NCBI GenBank assembly: GCA_965246715.1
Contig: CBDFFH010000044.1
Coordinates: 32,001-96,000 of the forward strand
Reading direction: 5' to 3'
Length of the DNA stretch: 64,000 bases
Origin: Chamaesiphon sp.
GTDB taxonomy: Bacteria; Cyanobacteriota; Cyanobacteriia; Cyanobacteriales; Chamaesiphonaceae
In this document: one piece after another, positions 30,751 through 41,975 of the stretch
Numbering within the stretch: position 1 is the stretch's first letter
Layout: each line of letters begins with the position of its first letter
The notes under the pieces: model-generated
The model's database searches: none
What the model was told of the DNA's origin: nothing
The model's input: only the letters and a program-made list of their open reading frames with translations
Position numbers and translations under genes: made by a program

Positions 30751-31539
30751 ATGGCACCCAAATCTGGTGGCAACTCCCATCCTTATGGATTTAGACGATT
30801 TGGCTTCACTTGCTTGTTAATCGGTCAAATTTGGCTGCATCTGATCCAAGGCAAGACTTACTGGCGCAAAATCCCCGAACATCTCTTCAAAACTGGCCCA
30901 GCATCGATGCTCCCAGTGTTATTGGTCAATTTGTTGGCCGGGATGATTTTTACGATCCAGACAGCCAGACAGCTAGATAAATATGGGGCGCTGAATTCTG
31001 TCGGCGGCGCGTTTGCGATCGCGTTTTGTCAGGAACTAGCACCGATTTTGACCTCCAGTGTGATTGCTGGACAAGTCGGTTCGGCCTTTGCCGCAGAAAT
31101 TGGGGCGATGAAAGTTAGCGAACAAATCGACGCACTATATACGCTCAGAACCGATCCGATCGATTATTTGGTGCTACCGCGAGTATTGGCTTGTAGTGGG
31201 ATGATGCCGATTTTGATTATTTTAGGATTGGTCTGCGGGATTCTCGGTGGCACATTTGCCGCGTATGAGTTCTACAAGATCTTACCAGAGCAATTTTTAG
31301 AATCAGTGCGCACATTTTTGGAACCTGCCGACTTGATCGTGCTGTGGCTCAAAGGCTTGGTTTTTGGTGGTGCGATCGGTACGGTTGGCTGTGGGTGGGG
31401 GATGACGACAAAAGGTGGTGTCAAACAGGTGGGAGAATCGGCGACTGCGGCAGTGGTGATCTCTGGAGTGCTGATTCTGGTTGCCGATCTGTTGCTATCG
31501 GTAGTATTTGGAGCGTCGCCCACGGGGAAAAGCAACTAA
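30751..31539 (+). CDS. mlaE: MlaE-family lipid ABC permease
   Basis: ELAPIL, GSAFAAEIGAMKVSEQIDAL and DPIDYLVLPR motifs. Confidence 0.92.
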   Translation: MAPKSGGNSHPYGFRRFGFTCLLIGQIWLHLIQGKTYWRKIPEHLFKTGPASMLPVLLVNLLAGMIFTIQTARQLDKYGALNSVGGAFAIAFCQELAPILTSSVIAGQVGSAFAAEIGAMKVSEQIDALYTLRTDPIDYLVLPRVLACSGMMPILIILGLVCGILGGTFAAYEFYKILPEQFLESVRTFLEPADLIVLWLKGLVFGGAIGTVGCGWGMTTKGGVKQVGESATAAVVISGVLILVADLLLSVVFGASPTGKSN

Positions 31540-31728
31540 TCTTAGATCCATCTAACCCACATTCCGCACTTCAGAACAGTCAGCGGTTGAAACCGCTACT
31601 CGTGTTGCGAAACCCGCCTTCGCGGGTTGATAATTAGAGAGTTGTAGGTTGGGCAGAGCAAAGCGAAGTCAGTCAATGCTGAAAACCAGATATAATCAAA
31701 GACTGAGCCAGCCAACCTAACTGCCCCC

Positions 31729-33357
31729 ATGTCCACCGAACTCCAAACCGAACTCGAAATTGCCGTCGAACATCGTCGGAATTTTGCGATTATCTCTCAC
31801 CCCGATGCAGGGAAAACGACCCTGACCGAGAAACTGTTGCTGTACGGAGGCGCGATTCACGAAGCAGGTGCAGTCAAAGCGAGACGAGATCAGCGTAAGG
31901 CGACTTCTGACTGGATGGAGATGGAAAAACAGCGGGGGATTTCGATCACCTCGACGGTGTTGCAGTTTGCGTATCAGGGTTTTCAAGTGAATTTGCTGGA
32001 TACCCCCGGACACCAAGATTTTAGTGAAGATACCTATCGAACGCTAGCAGCGGCGGATAATGCCGTGATGCTGATCGATGTGGCTAAGGGTTTGGAGCCA
32101 CAGACGCGCAAGTTATTTGAAGTCTGTAAGCTGCGCGAGCTTCCGATTTTCACATTTGTGAATAAGATGGATCGACCTGGACGCGAACCATTAGAATTAT
32201 TAGATGAAATCGAGCAAGAATTGGGGCTTCAGACCTACGCGGTAAATTGGCCGATCGGTGGCGGAGATCGGTTTAAAGGCGTGTTCGATCGCCATCAGCG
32301 CAAAGTTCACCTGTTCGAGCGATCGGCGCATGGTAGCCGCGAAGCGACCGATACGGTGTTGGATCTCCACGATCCGCGTCTCAAAGAATTACTCGATCGA
32401 GAATTATTCGAGCAACTCCATAGCGATTTGGAACTCCTCGATGGCGTGGGTTCGGAGTTAGATTTAGATGCGATTCATGCGGGTTATATGACTCCGGTAT
32501 TCTTCGGGAGTGCGATGACCAATTTCGGGGTCGAGTTATTTTTACACTACTTCCTCGAATACGCACTCAAACCTGGCAATCGGAATTCTAATCTCGGATC
32601 GATCGATCCGAGTTATCCAGAATTTTCTGGCTTTGTATTTAAATTACAAGCAAATATGGACCCCAAACATCGCGATCGCGTGGCGTTTATTCGGGTCTGT
32701 ACTGGTAAATTTGAAAAGGATATGACTGTCAGCCACGCGCGTACTGGCAAAACTGTCAGATTGTCGCGTCCCCAAAAGTTATTCGCCCAAGATCGGGAAT
32801 CGATCGAAGAAGCATATCCCGGCGACGTGATCGGCTTAAATAATCCTGGTGTATTCGCGATCGGCGATACGATCTATACCGGCGGCAAAAAATTAGAATA
32901 CGAAGGCATCCCCTGTTTTTCACCCGAAATCTTTGCCTTTCTCCGCAATCCCAACCCCTCGAAATTCAAACAGTTCCAAAAAGGGGTGACGGAACTTCAG
33001 GAAGAGGGTGCTGTCCAGATTATGTACTCTGCTGATGAATCCAAACGCGACCCAATTTTAGCCGCAGTCGGACAGCTCCAATTTGAAGTAGTCCAGTTTC
33101 GGATGAAGAATGAATATGGAGTAGAGACGACATTAGAGCCGCTGGGATATTCAGTCGCCAGATGGGTAGTCAATGGCTGGGATGCTTTAGATAAAGTCGG
33201 ACGGTTGTTTAATACTTTGACAATTAAAGACCACTGGAATCGTCCGGTACTGTTATTCAAGAATGTCTGGAATGTCAATCAGTTATTAGAAGATCATCCT
33301 AGTCTGAAGTTGAGTGCGATCGCACCCATTACGATCGGTAATTCAGTAGTGAGTTAA
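31729..33357 (+). CDS. prfC: Peptide chain release factor 3
   Basis: [30 protein letters not shown] and [14 protein letters not shown] motifs. Confidence 0.97.
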   Translation: MSTELQTELEIAVEHRRNFAIISHPDAGKTTLTEKLLLYGGAIHEAGAVKARRDQRKATSDWMEMEKQRGISITSTVLQFAYQGFQVNLLDTPGHQDFSEDTYRTLAAADNAVMLIDVAKGLEPQTRKLFEVCKLRELPIFTFVNKMDRPGREPLELLDEIEQELGLQTYAVNWPIGGGDRFKGVFDRHQRKVHLFERSAHGSREATDTVLDLHDPRLKELLDRELFEQLHSDLELLDGVGSELDLDAIHAGYMTPVFFGSAMTNFGVELFLHYFLEYALKPGNRNSNLGSIDPSYPEFSGFVFKLQANMDPKHRDRVAFIRVCTGKFEKDMTVSHARTGKTVRLSRPQKLFAQDRESIEEAYPGDVIGLNNPGVFAIGDTIYTGGKKLEYEGIPCFSPEIFAFLRNPNPSKFKQFQKGVTELQEEGAVQIMYSADESKRDPILAAVGQLQFEVVQFRMKNEYGVETTLEPLGYSVARWVVNGWDALDKVGRLFNTLTIKDHWNRPVLLFKNVWNVNQLLEDHPSLKLSAIAPITIGNSVVS

Positions 33358-33553
33358 TCATAGGGTCTGTAGGGGCTGGTTTATGCTAATAGCCTGCGAT
33401 ACTCACAACCAATCTGACAGCAAAACCAGCCCTTTTGCATCAACCCTGCTGATTAAATCTCAGGAGACCCCATTCAGCTCCTAAAACCCTCTGTGAGCCT
33501 CTGTGCATCCTCCGTGCCCCTCTGTGTTAAATAAACACCCCAAAGCAAAATCT

Positions 33554-33814
33554 CTACCCCTTCTGATTTTGGGACTTAAACCGCCCCGCGACAAAATCTC
33601 GACGCGCGGAATGTTTGGTATCTCGCCCCGTGACTCGCTTGCGCCACATCCGAAAACTCGAAGCCTTCATTTCTCGCCGCATTAACGCGATGACTTGCGG
33701 CTCGGATAGACCGAATTGTAACTCGATCGCATCAAATGTCGTCCGATCTTCCCAAGCCATTTCGAGCACGCGATCGATCGTTTCTGAATCTATTTCTGGT
33801 AATTCCATAATCAA
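33554..33814 (-). CDS. TIGR03643-family small protein
   Basis: DRVLEMAWEDRTTFDAI...SSFRMWRKRVTGR. Confidence 0.85.
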   Translation of the reverse strand: MIMELPEIDSETIDRVLEMAWEDRTTFDAIELQFGLSEPQVIALMRREMKASSFRMWRKRVTGRDTKHSARRDFVAGRFKSQNQKG

Positions 33815-33816
33815 TC

Positions 33817-35067
33817 CTATTTAATAATAGTTTGGCGAGCGACGGCTCGATCGAACATTTTCCCAAACCCCTCTTTGCGCATTGCTACTGGTTCGGCGGT
33901 TAGGTTCCAGAGAGTTTCATAGAAAAAGAAGGATACTCCTGCCAAACCTTGTTTGCGGACAGCGGCAATTTGCGATTGAATTTGTTTCATGGGGACGGGT
34001 TTGGGTTTAACGCCCGACATAATCCCAATTCCAACCGGGATGTGTTGACTGGCTAATTTCAATTCGGGATTATTGAGTTCGCCGATGAAGGATTCAAACT
34101 TATCGCGATAGACTTGAACTAATAACTCCTCAACCAAACCTTGCCGTTCCCATTTTGCCCAATCTTGGAGAAAGAAGCTCTTAGCAAAGCCTTGCGGATT
34201 TGGAGAGATCGAGACAATCGCTTTGGGATTGGCTGCTTTAATCGCCACGAATAACTCTTTCATAAAAGCGGTAATCTTATCCGCCCGCCAATTTATCCAT
34301 TCCTGATTTTGAGTATCTTTAGGTGGTAATTTGCCTTGATGGTCGCGTTGATATAAATCGACGGTAAATCGATCGTAACCAAATTCATGTGGGAGTCCAA
34401 AGTGATCGTCAAATTGGATGCCATCTACATCATATTTTTTTACGACTTCGACCACTAGCTCTATTATAAACTTTCTCACATCGGGGCGGAATGGATTGAG
34501 CCAAACGCGGGGATCTTTGCCTTCTTTCCAATTAGTGTTACCGTCTTGCTTTGTCGTCAGCCAATCGGGGTGGAGTTTGGCCAAATCGGAGCCAGCCGGA
34601 TCGCTAGTTCCTGGGGCCATCAGTCCAAATTCAAACCAGGGAATCACGGCTAGCCCTTGTTTGTGCCCCTGCGCCACTAATTCGCGCAGCACGTCGCGTC
34701 CTTCCAATCCTTCGGTTTTTCCAAGCGTTCTCCCAATCAATAATCCAGCGGATTTCTTGGGCATGAAGCTACTCCCCACGACTCGTTTGGCAACTTTACT
34801 AGGATACGTCGTGTAGCCCCAATTCCAGACGACTGGATAAATCGTATTAAAATTTAATTTGCGGAGATCTTTTAGGGCTGTCACCAATCGATCGCGCGAA
34901 AACAATACGTCACTATCGACATTTGTAATCCAAACACCGCGAATTTCTCGATTCGATTTAGTTGCTAGCGATCGAGATAAAAAGAATGTCGGGAAAGTTA
35001 CTGCTAAAATCAATCCGATTGTAATGAAAACAGCAAACCAAGACTTACGATTGAAAAAATTACTCAT
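33817..35067 (-). CDS. GH10-like (DUF187/YddW) glycoside hydrolase
   Basis: EIRGVWI, IPWFEFG and YDVDGIQFDDHF motifs; start uncertain. Confidence 0.85.
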   Translation of the reverse strand: MSNFFNRKSWFAVFITIGLILAVTFPTFFLSRSLATKSNREIRGVWITNVDSDVLFSRDRLVTALKDLRKLNFNTIYPVVWNWGYTTYPSKVAKRVVGSSFMPKKSAGLLIGRTLGKTEGLEGRDVLRELVAQGHKQGLAVIPWFEFGLMAPGTSDPAGSDLAKLHPDWLTTKQDGNTNWKEGKDPRVWLNPFRPDVRKFIIELVVEVVKKYDVDGIQFDDHFGLPHEFGYDRFTVDLYQRDHQGKLPPKDTQNQEWINWRADKITAFMKELFVAIKAANPKAIVSISPNPQGFAKSFFLQDWAKWERQGLVEELLVQVYRDKFESFIGELNNPELKLASQHIPVGIGIMSGVKPKPVPMKQIQSQIAAVRKQGLAGVSFFFYETLWNLTAEPVAMRKEGFGKMFDRAVARQTIIK

Positions 35068-35119
35068 TAAAATAGCCGATCTCGAATATAAGTACAAAAA
35101 AGAGATGGATTAGCTTAAA

Positions 35120-35791
35120 TCATCGCTCCATTAGCCCTAGTTTCGGGCGTGCTAGTGTCCAATGTAACTCAGAAGTTTGCGATAATTTCACTTGTTGTAA
35201 ACCAGCTCGATCGATGAAATCCCGAACTTCAGTTAGCGTGAGTCCAGCTTTAAGTGAATCGCGAAATAATTGTTGCTGACGACTGTCATAATCGCCGCCG
35301 AAGCGATCGACTAATTCATCCACAAGGAGATCGGTTTCTGGTCTGATGAGATCGCGAATTAAGAGCGCCCCATCTAATCTGACTAAACGGTTTACCTCCT
35401 GAAAAAATACCAAAGGATCGGGTAAATGATGTACCAAACTATTGGAAACGATCGTATCGAACTCGAGATCTGGATATGGCATCCGTTTTGAATCTACACG
35501 TTCTAATCTAATTCGTTGGCTTAAATTAGCTTCCTCCACATTCCGTTGACCGATAATCAGCATCGATTGTGCCAAATCGATCGCCGTAATTAAGTATTGT
35601 GGTCGTTGCTGGCACATCAAAATGGGAATTCTTGCCGTTCCCGTCCCTACATCTAAGATTTTGACAGCATGTGGATCTAAAGCGATCGCATCGGCAGCAA
35701 ACGCGGTATTTACCGCGCTAAAGTCCATCGCATCGTAAGCAGTTGCCTCGAGCCAGGTATCCATCACTTCTGGTTCCAAAATTCTGTCCAT
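35120..35791 (-). CDS. Class I SAM-dependent methyltransferase
   Basis: MDRILEPEVMD start; LDVGTGTARIP and SNSLVHHL motifs. Confidence 0.9.
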   Translation of the reverse strand: MDRILEPEVMDTWLEATAYDAMDFSAVNTAFAADAIALDPHAVKILDVGTGTARIPILMCQQRPQYLITAIDLAQSMLIIGQRNVEEANLSQRIRLERVDSKRMPYPDLEFDTIVSNSLVHHLPDPLVFFQEVNRLVRLDGALLIRDLIRPETDLLVDELVDRFGGDYDSRQQQLFRDSLKAGLTLTEVRDFIDRAGLQQVKLSQTSELHWTLARPKLGLMER

Positions 35792-36149
35792 TGGGTTCTT
35801 GCTGTTGTGGAGATCGGCCGATCGTATTTTATCAGGCACAAAGACCTCCTGCGCTAGATCTAGCGACTGGAGATCGATCTCGGTAACTACTTTGTGCGAT
35901 CGCGATCGCACAAAAACACATTTCAGATCTTATTTAAGTTATGATGTCGATACTATTAAAAAATCTATATGTGTGTTTTAGTTGGTAATCACTGAGTAAG
36001 ATATTTTACATTAGATTTAAATATCTACGTCAAATTTACTACCAGTTTTCATTAGCTAATTTCGATTGCTCTAGATGAGAATCTCTTATCTCTTGGCTTT
36101 CTGAGCCGGAGCTAGTAAATTTGCAATGTGATTGCCAAAAATTGTATCG

Positions 36150-37064
36150 ATGATAATGAAGCCAAGTTGGATTTTAATAGCTGTTGTATCTATAAATTGC
36201 TCGATGAGTTGTGCAATACTGGATGTCGCTGAGCCAAAAGTTTTAGACCGACAATCTATCGAAGCTCGATTACCACAAGTCAATGTCAACGATCGCCACC
36301 AACAGATTGTCATATCCCGATCTCAAGAAAACTCTAAACTCAAAATCTTACTACCACTCTATATCTATCCCAATTGGTACGATCGCGATAAATATCTCTG
36401 GAAACAGGTAGCATTAGCTGCTCGAAAAGTACCGATCGTGGCGATTATCAATCCGAATAATGGGCCGGATAATGCACCGCCGAATAGCGACTATCAGCAG
36501 GGAATTAAGGATTTACATCAAGCCGGTGTCAAGATCGTCGGTTATGTGCCCACAAATTATACCAAGCGCGATCTTCAAGCTGTAAAAGCAGATACCAATC
36601 TCTATATCAAATACTTTAATGTCGATGGAATTTTTATCGATGAGACTGCGAATACTCAAGATAAATTAAGCTATTATCAACAGATCTATCAACATATTAA
36701 ATCGCGATCGCTACGTTATCAAGTTATTCTCAATCCTGGCACAGATATTGCCGAAAGTTATATTCACGAACCAGTTGCTGACGTATTGGTAATCTTTGAA
36801 AATTATCAAAAGGTATGGGCAAACTACCATCCGCCTGCATATGTCAAAAATTATGCATCCGAACATTTTGCGGCGCTAGTACATACAGCAGCAGATCGAC
36901 AGTTGATGACAACTACACTCGATCGCGCTGCCAAGCATAAATTTGGTTATATTTATATCACCAATGATAGTACCGATACTGCCAATCAAAATCCCTGGGA
37001 CAGTTTGCCCAGCTATTGGCAAGCACAGGTTAACTATATTCAAAAGTTAAACGCAGCTAAATAA
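36150..37064 (+). CDS. Spherulin-4 / GH135-family exported protein
   Basis: LPLYIYP, IINPNNGP, GYVPTNY, DGIFIDE, LNPGT, IFEN and NPWDSLPSYW motifs. Confidence 0.85.
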   Translation: MIMKPSWILIAVVSINCSMSCAILDVAEPKVLDRQSIEARLPQVNVNDRHQQIVISRSQENSKLKILLPLYIYPNWYDRDKYLWKQVALAARKVPIVAIINPNNGPDNAPPNSDYQQGIKDLHQAGVKIVGYVPTNYTKRDLQAVKADTNLYIKYFNVDGIFIDETANTQDKLSYYQQIYQHIKSRSLRYQVILNPGTDIAESYIHEPVADVLVIFENYQKVWANYHPPAYVKNYASEHFAALVHTAADRQLMTTTLDRAAKHKFGYIYITNDSTDTANQNPWDSLPSYWQAQVNYIQKLNAAK

Positions 37065-37198
37065 ATAAAGTTAGTTCGATCGATTGCGTTCGGGCGTGTA
37101 AGGTTAAAAACAGTCGTCACTTTTAGCCATCTCTCGGCCCCGATCGGGTACGATCTGAAGGCAATTAATCTTGCAGCAACTGTATCAAGTCTCACCAC

Positions 37199-38032
37199 AT
37201 GGACACTATTTGGCGATCGGTCAAACCCTATACCGATATTCTGTACCACAAAACCGATGGCATCGCGAAAGTGACTATCAATCGACCTGAAAAGCGCAAT
37301 GCCTTTCGGCCGCACACAGTATTTGAGATGTACGATGCGTTTTGTGATGCGCGGGAAGATACTAGCATCGGGGTAGTGCTGCTGACGGGTGCGGGGCCAC
37401 ATACCGATGGTAAATATGCTTTTTGTGCTGGTGGCGACCAATCAGTGCGCGGATCTGGGGGGTATAAAGGCGCAGACGGGATTCCGCGCTTGAACGTACT
37501 CGACCTCCAGAGATTGATTCGATCGATGCCTAAGGCGGTAATTGCTCTCGTTGCGGGTTATGCGATCGGTGGCGGGCATGTGTTGCATTTACTTTGCGAT
37601 CTGACGATCGCGGCAGATAATGCGATTTTCGGTCAAACTGGCCCCAAAGTGGGCAGTTTCGATGGCGGGTTTGGGGCGAGTTATCTCGCGCGCGTAGTCG
37701 GGCAAAAGAAGGCGCGGGAAATCTGGTACCTCTGCCGTCAATATGACGCACAAGCAGCGTTAGGCATGGGTTTGGTTAATTGTGTCGTACCGATCGATCG
37801 CTTAGAAGCCGAAGGGGTAGCTTGGGCACAGGAGATTTTAGCCAAAAGTCCGATCGCGATTCGCTGTCTCAAAGCCGCTCTCAATGCCGATTGCGATGGG
37901 CAAGCTGGTTTACAAGAATTGGCGGGCAATGCCACTCTGCTCTACTATATGACCGAAGAAGGTGCCGAAGGCAAGCAAGCTTTTCTGGAAAAGCGATCGC
38001 CCAATTTTCGGCAATATCCTTGGTTGCCATAA
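37199..38032 (+). CDS. menB: 1,4-dihydroxy-2-naphthoyl-CoA synthase
   Basis: [19 protein letters not shown] and [12 protein letters not shown] motifs. Confidence 0.97.
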   Translation: MDTIWRSVKPYTDILYHKTDGIAKVTINRPEKRNAFRPHTVFEMYDAFCDAREDTSIGVVLLTGAGPHTDGKYAFCAGGDQSVRGSGGYKGADGIPRLNVLDLQRLIRSMPKAVIALVAGYAIGGGHVLHLLCDLTIAADNAIFGQTGPKVGSFDGGFGASYLARVVGQKKAREIWYLCRQYDAQAALGMGLVNCVVPIDRLEAEGVAWAQEILAKSPIAIRCLKAALNADCDGQAGLQELAGNATLLYYMTEEGAEGKQAFLEKRSPNFRQYPWLP

Positions 38033-38061
38033 ATTACTAGCATAAATCCGCCCCTACTTTA

Positions 38062-38365
38062 ACGTGAGTCTCCAATGGGGCGCGCCGCAGGAAGGACGAA
38101 AGAAACAGGTAGAGGGGGTTTACTTCTAATCGGTAGCGAGAAGGCTAGAACTATCTCCCAGACTCTAGTTTGGTCGCGTAGGGAAATTTTGTTTCTTAGG
38201 AGTTCGGGAGGATATTGGCTCCGCTCGGGCACCGCACTCGATTGAAATCGGTGCTAGTGGTGCGAAGTCCGCGTTCGAGGACTAAGATATTCAGTCCGCG
38301 AAGGCGGACTTCGCTTCATGAGCCGAGACTTCAGTCTCCAGGCTCCTCTTAACCCGAACCCACGT
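38062..38365. mobile_element. IS982-type MITE (degenerate) with REP-like hairpins
   Basis: Right end CTTAACCCGAACCCACGT, left end ACGTGAGT; imperfect flanking repeat TACTTTA/TACCTTA. Confidence 0.6.
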
Positions 38366-39579
38366 TACCTTAATGCCCATGCTAAAAACCGCTCGGTATA
38401 GTAAAGCGCAAGCTGGTTGCTCGTGCCAGAAAATACTGCGTCAAAAGCATGATCCGCCCAGGGAATTTCGATGAAAATCGCTCGATTGCCTTGGGCGACT
38501 AGTGTATCGGCAAGGTGCTTGCCATACTTAGACTCGACGATCCGATCTTTGCCGCCATAGATGAGTAAAGATGCTGGTAAACCGGATTTGACAGCAAATA
38601 AGGGAGATGCAGCTCGGTATAATTGGGGAAAATCCTGCGGCGTACCGCCCAAGAAATCGCGGAGCGTAGCGCGAGAATCGATCGGATCGGGCACGGGGGG
38701 ATTGTTGTAGCCAGCAATAAGATTCACTGGGCCGTAGTAATCGACCACCGCCCGCATCGGCAGCGACGAGTCGTAGGCGGCTAACATGGCTAGCTGCGCG
38801 CCTGCCGAGCGGCCGATAACGGCAACTCGATCGAGATCGGTTTCATAGCTGGCAGCCTGCTGTTTGATAAAATCGATTGCCAAGCGCACATCATCGATTT
38901 GAGCGGGAAAATGATACTGTGGAGCATGACGATAATCGATCGCCCAGACGACATAGCCCTGAGCGGCAATATAACGGTTGAAACTCTCATCGCTATCGGC
39001 ACTACCGCGTTGCCATGCACCACCATAAATCGAGATAAGTGCCGGATATTTACCGACTTGCTGGGGACGATAGATATTCAGCGCTAGCTTGGTGCCGTTG
39101 GCAGCAGCAAAGGAAATGTGTCGATCGATCCTGACTGCTGGACTCGAAATACCGCGCCATAAATCTGCAATTACCAAAGAATGCGATCGTAGTTGCTGTT
39201 TGACCGACGGCAGCATCCGATCGAGATAATCGCGCCCTAAACTAGTAGTAATTGCCAGTTCTGCCCGTTGTTGCGTCGCGGAAAATTGAATCAGGGGAAA
39301 AGCACTCAAACCCAACGCCAAGGAAATACAACAGAGATTTAGCAGCAAGCTTCGCCGTTGGGTGGGATATTGGCGGCCATAGATTAGCCCACTTAAAATC
39401 AGCGTCGCTGCATTCAAGCCAATGATGCCAGGACTAATTTCTGGTGCGCCGACACTAAATGGCAGTAAGGAAAAAATCGGTGCGGGACAAACAATCCATA
39501 AACTTAAAAATAACCCGACAGCGGTTAATAACCATAAAATAACTGGCGCGATCGCGGAGAGATAATGTTTGGCTATCAT
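38365..39579 (-). CDS. Alpha/beta hydrolase (HSL-like esterase) with N-terminal TMs
   Basis: YGGAW oxyanion motif, GRSAG nucleophile and HAFD. Confidence 0.9.
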   Translation of the reverse strand: MIAKHYLSAIAPVILWLLTAVGLFLSLWIVCPAPIFSLLPFSVGAPEISPGIIGLNAATLILSGLIYGRQYPTQRRSLLLNLCCISLALGLSAFPLIQFSATQQRAELAITTSLGRDYLDRMLPSVKQQLRSHSLVIADLWRGISSPAVRIDRHISFAAANGTKLALNIYRPQQVGKYPALISIYGGAWQRGSADSDESFNRYIAAQGYVVWAIDYRHAPQYHFPAQIDDVRLAIDFIKQQAASYETDLDRVAVIGRSAGAQLAMLAAYDSSLPMRAVVDYYGPVNLIAGYNNPPVPDPIDSRATLRDFLGGTPQDFPQLYRAASPLFAVKSGLPASLLIYGGKDRIVESKYGKHLADTLVAQGNRAIFIEIPWADHAFDAVFSGTSNQLALYYTERFLAWALR

Positions 39580-39669
39580 CTAGAAATACTCATCTCGTTC
39601 GATCGGCATATTAACGATCTAGTTTAGCTCGATCGAACTAAAGATTCTCGCAGATAAATAGCAACTGAA

Positions 39670-40818
39670 ATGCCGAACTTCGTCCTGATTGCTAATCCCG
39701 AAACTCGCCGAGTAGAGCTATTTCAGCAAGCCTTAAAAGATCGTGGCTTATCGCCAGCAAGACTCATCGCCTACGCCGACTTATTAGCCCATAAATGCCA
39801 ACTAGCCGAATTTGACTCATCCGAGACGATCTTCCGGTTTGATGCGCCAGAGCGCAGTTTTGCAGTCGATCGCGGGTTCATTGCCGCAGGTGCGGGGATC
39901 GAGCCAAATGGACAGCATCAAAAGATTAGCGCGATCGAGGCGGCAAATCTCCCCGAAGACTTAGGGCGGATCTGGTATCAACATCAATGGTACCTCGGCT
40001 GGTGTCAGCGCCTGCGCTTGTGGACGGCAACTCTCCAAGGTCGAATCCTCAACCACCCCGAAGACATTATCATCATGTTTGATAAAGTCCGGTGCCAGAG
40101 AATTCTTGCGGCTGCTGAGGTGCCTGTGCCAATGATGTTATTTACTGACAGAGCAGGAGAGGGGAGGGATCGATTTACAATCGATCGATTGCGCCAAACA
40201 ATGACTACCCAAAACATCAACAGGATATTTATCAAACTAGCACATGGCTCCTCCGCCTCTGGCGTTGTTGCCTATGAATTGCGCGGTGAAATGGAACGCG
40301 CTATTACTACCGTCGAGCGAGTTATGGAAGCTGGAGAATTGCGATTTTACAATTCTCGCTTGATTCGGCAATATCGCGATCGACAGGCAATTGCGGAGAT
40401 TATCGATTTCCTCGCCGCCGAATCGGTACAAATCGAAACCTGGCTCCCCAAGGCGCGCTCGCACGGTAGAGAATTTGATGTGCGGGTAGTTGTCATCGGG
40501 GGGAAAGCTTGCCAAGCGGTGATGCGAGTTGGAAATAGCCCCATGACTAATTTACACCTCGGTAACGATCGACAGGATATTACTGAATTACCCCCTGGAT
40601 TATCCGCGCATACTTGGGCAGAAATGCTCGCCACCTGCGAACGTGCGGCTGCTTGCTTTCCCCGAAGTTTCTACTGCGGCATCGACTTATTAATCGCCCC
40701 GAATTTAAAAGACCACTATATTCTCGAACTGAATGCTTTCGGCGATTTGTTGCAAGGGATTACATGGCAAGGGGAGGATACTTATCAGACTGAGGTGAGG
40801 ATGTTGCTAAATGAGTAA
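39670..40818 (+). CDS. ATP-grasp ligase, STM4014-like
   Basis: FDK, FIKLAHGSSASGV, FDVRVVVIGG, PMTNLHLG and GIDLL...LELNAFGD motifs. Confidence 0.85.
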   Translation: MPNFVLIANPETRRVELFQQALKDRGLSPARLIAYADLLAHKCQLAEFDSSETIFRFDAPERSFAVDRGFIAAGAGIEPNGQHQKISAIEAANLPEDLGRIWYQHQWYLGWCQRLRLWTATLQGRILNHPEDIIIMFDKVRCQRILAAAEVPVPMMLFTDRAGEGRDRFTIDRLRQTMTTQNINRIFIKLAHGSSASGVVAYELRGEMERAITTVERVMEAGELRFYNSRLIRQYRDRQAIAEIIDFLAAESVQIETWLPKARSHGREFDVRVVVIGGKACQAVMRVGNSPMTNLHLGNDRQDITELPPGLSAHTWAEMLATCERAAACFPRSFYCGIDLLIAPNLKDHYILELNAFGDLLQGITWQGEDTYQTEVRMLLNE

Positions 40819-40919
40819 AAGTAGTAGAGTTTTGTGGGAACGATCTGAAGGGGTGTAAAATTGTTGAGAGTTCGGAGATGGGTTTGTTTAGATCGATCGT
40901 CAATCCAATAAAATAACTA

Positions 40920-41840
40920 ATGGGTATTTATCAAGAGACAGAACAGTTCTTGGGTAAACCAATTACTAACTACGATGAAAGCATTGACACGATCGATCCG
41001 ATCGATACTGTTTATCGGTTACGGGTCGAGTATGATTCGGAATATAGCATCCTCGATCTCCTCGCGCGGTTTGCGGCTGATGCTAATGCCAGTAAGATTA
41101 CCCGCTTGATTATCGGGATGTGGGATTACGATGATTCCAGTCAGGCTGTCGTCGAACTACTGGTAAGCATTCACGATCGACTGCCAAATTTAACCGCCGT
41201 TTTTATCGGTGATATCGAAGACGAAGAAAATCAAATTTCGTGGATTCAACAAAGCGATCTATCGCCCTTACTCAATGCTTACCCGCAGTTAGAATATTTA
41301 CGGGTTCGGGGTAATGATGGGTTGAGTTTTGGCAATCTCAAACACGATCGATTAAAAACACTCATCGTCGAAACAGGTGGATTGAGTGTCAATCGGGTAC
41401 GAGAAGTTTGTAATGCTCGTCTCCCTCAACTCGAACATCTAGAACTATGGTTGGGTACCGATGACTATGGCGGTGATGCCACGGTTGAAGATTTAGCCCC
41501 AATTTTGGCTGGCACTTTGTTTCCCAAATTAACCTATTTAGGTTTGAGAGATAGTATTATTGCTGACTCGGTAGCGACTGCGGTAGCAACTGCACCTGTA
41601 ATACAACAACTCAAAGTACTCGATTTATCATTGGGCAATATCGGCGATATCGGAGCCGCTGCACTATTAGCTAGTCCGTATCTGCACCATTTAGAAAAAC
41701 TCGATCTCAATCATCATTATATTTCCGACGAATTAGTCTCCCAATTAGAAAAATTAACTATTACTGTCGATGTCAGCGATGTCCAAGATGCTGATGAATA
41801 TGATGGCAATGAGCATCGTTATATTGCCGTTGCGGAATGA
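40920..41840 (+). CDS. STM4015-like LRR (RNI-like) protein
   Basis: AVFIGDI...ISWIQQSD, LEHLELWLG...YGGD, LTYLGLR and LDLSLG motifs; acidic; ends RYIAVAE. Confidence 0.85.
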   Translation: MGIYQETEQFLGKPITNYDESIDTIDPIDTVYRLRVEYDSEYSILDLLARFAADANASKITRLIIGMWDYDDSSQAVVELLVSIHDRLPNLTAVFIGDIEDEENQISWIQQSDLSPLLNAYPQLEYLRVRGNDGLSFGNLKHDRLKTLIVETGGLSVNRVREVCNARLPQLEHLELWLGTDDYGGDATVEDLAPILAGTLFPKLTYLGLRDSIIADSVATAVATAPVIQQLKVLDLSLGNIGDIGAAALLASPYLHHLEKLDLNHHYISDELVSQLEKLTITVDVSDVQDADEYDGNEHRYIAVAE

Positions 41841-41975
41841 GTTATTTGGGGTAGGGTATGAGGGCATGGGGCAGATGAGATCGATCTTCAATCCAAAATC
41901 TTGTCTTTACTGAAACACATGCGGAGGGAACCTCAGCGTGATCTTCAGTCGCAAAATCCAAAATCCAAAATTGTT

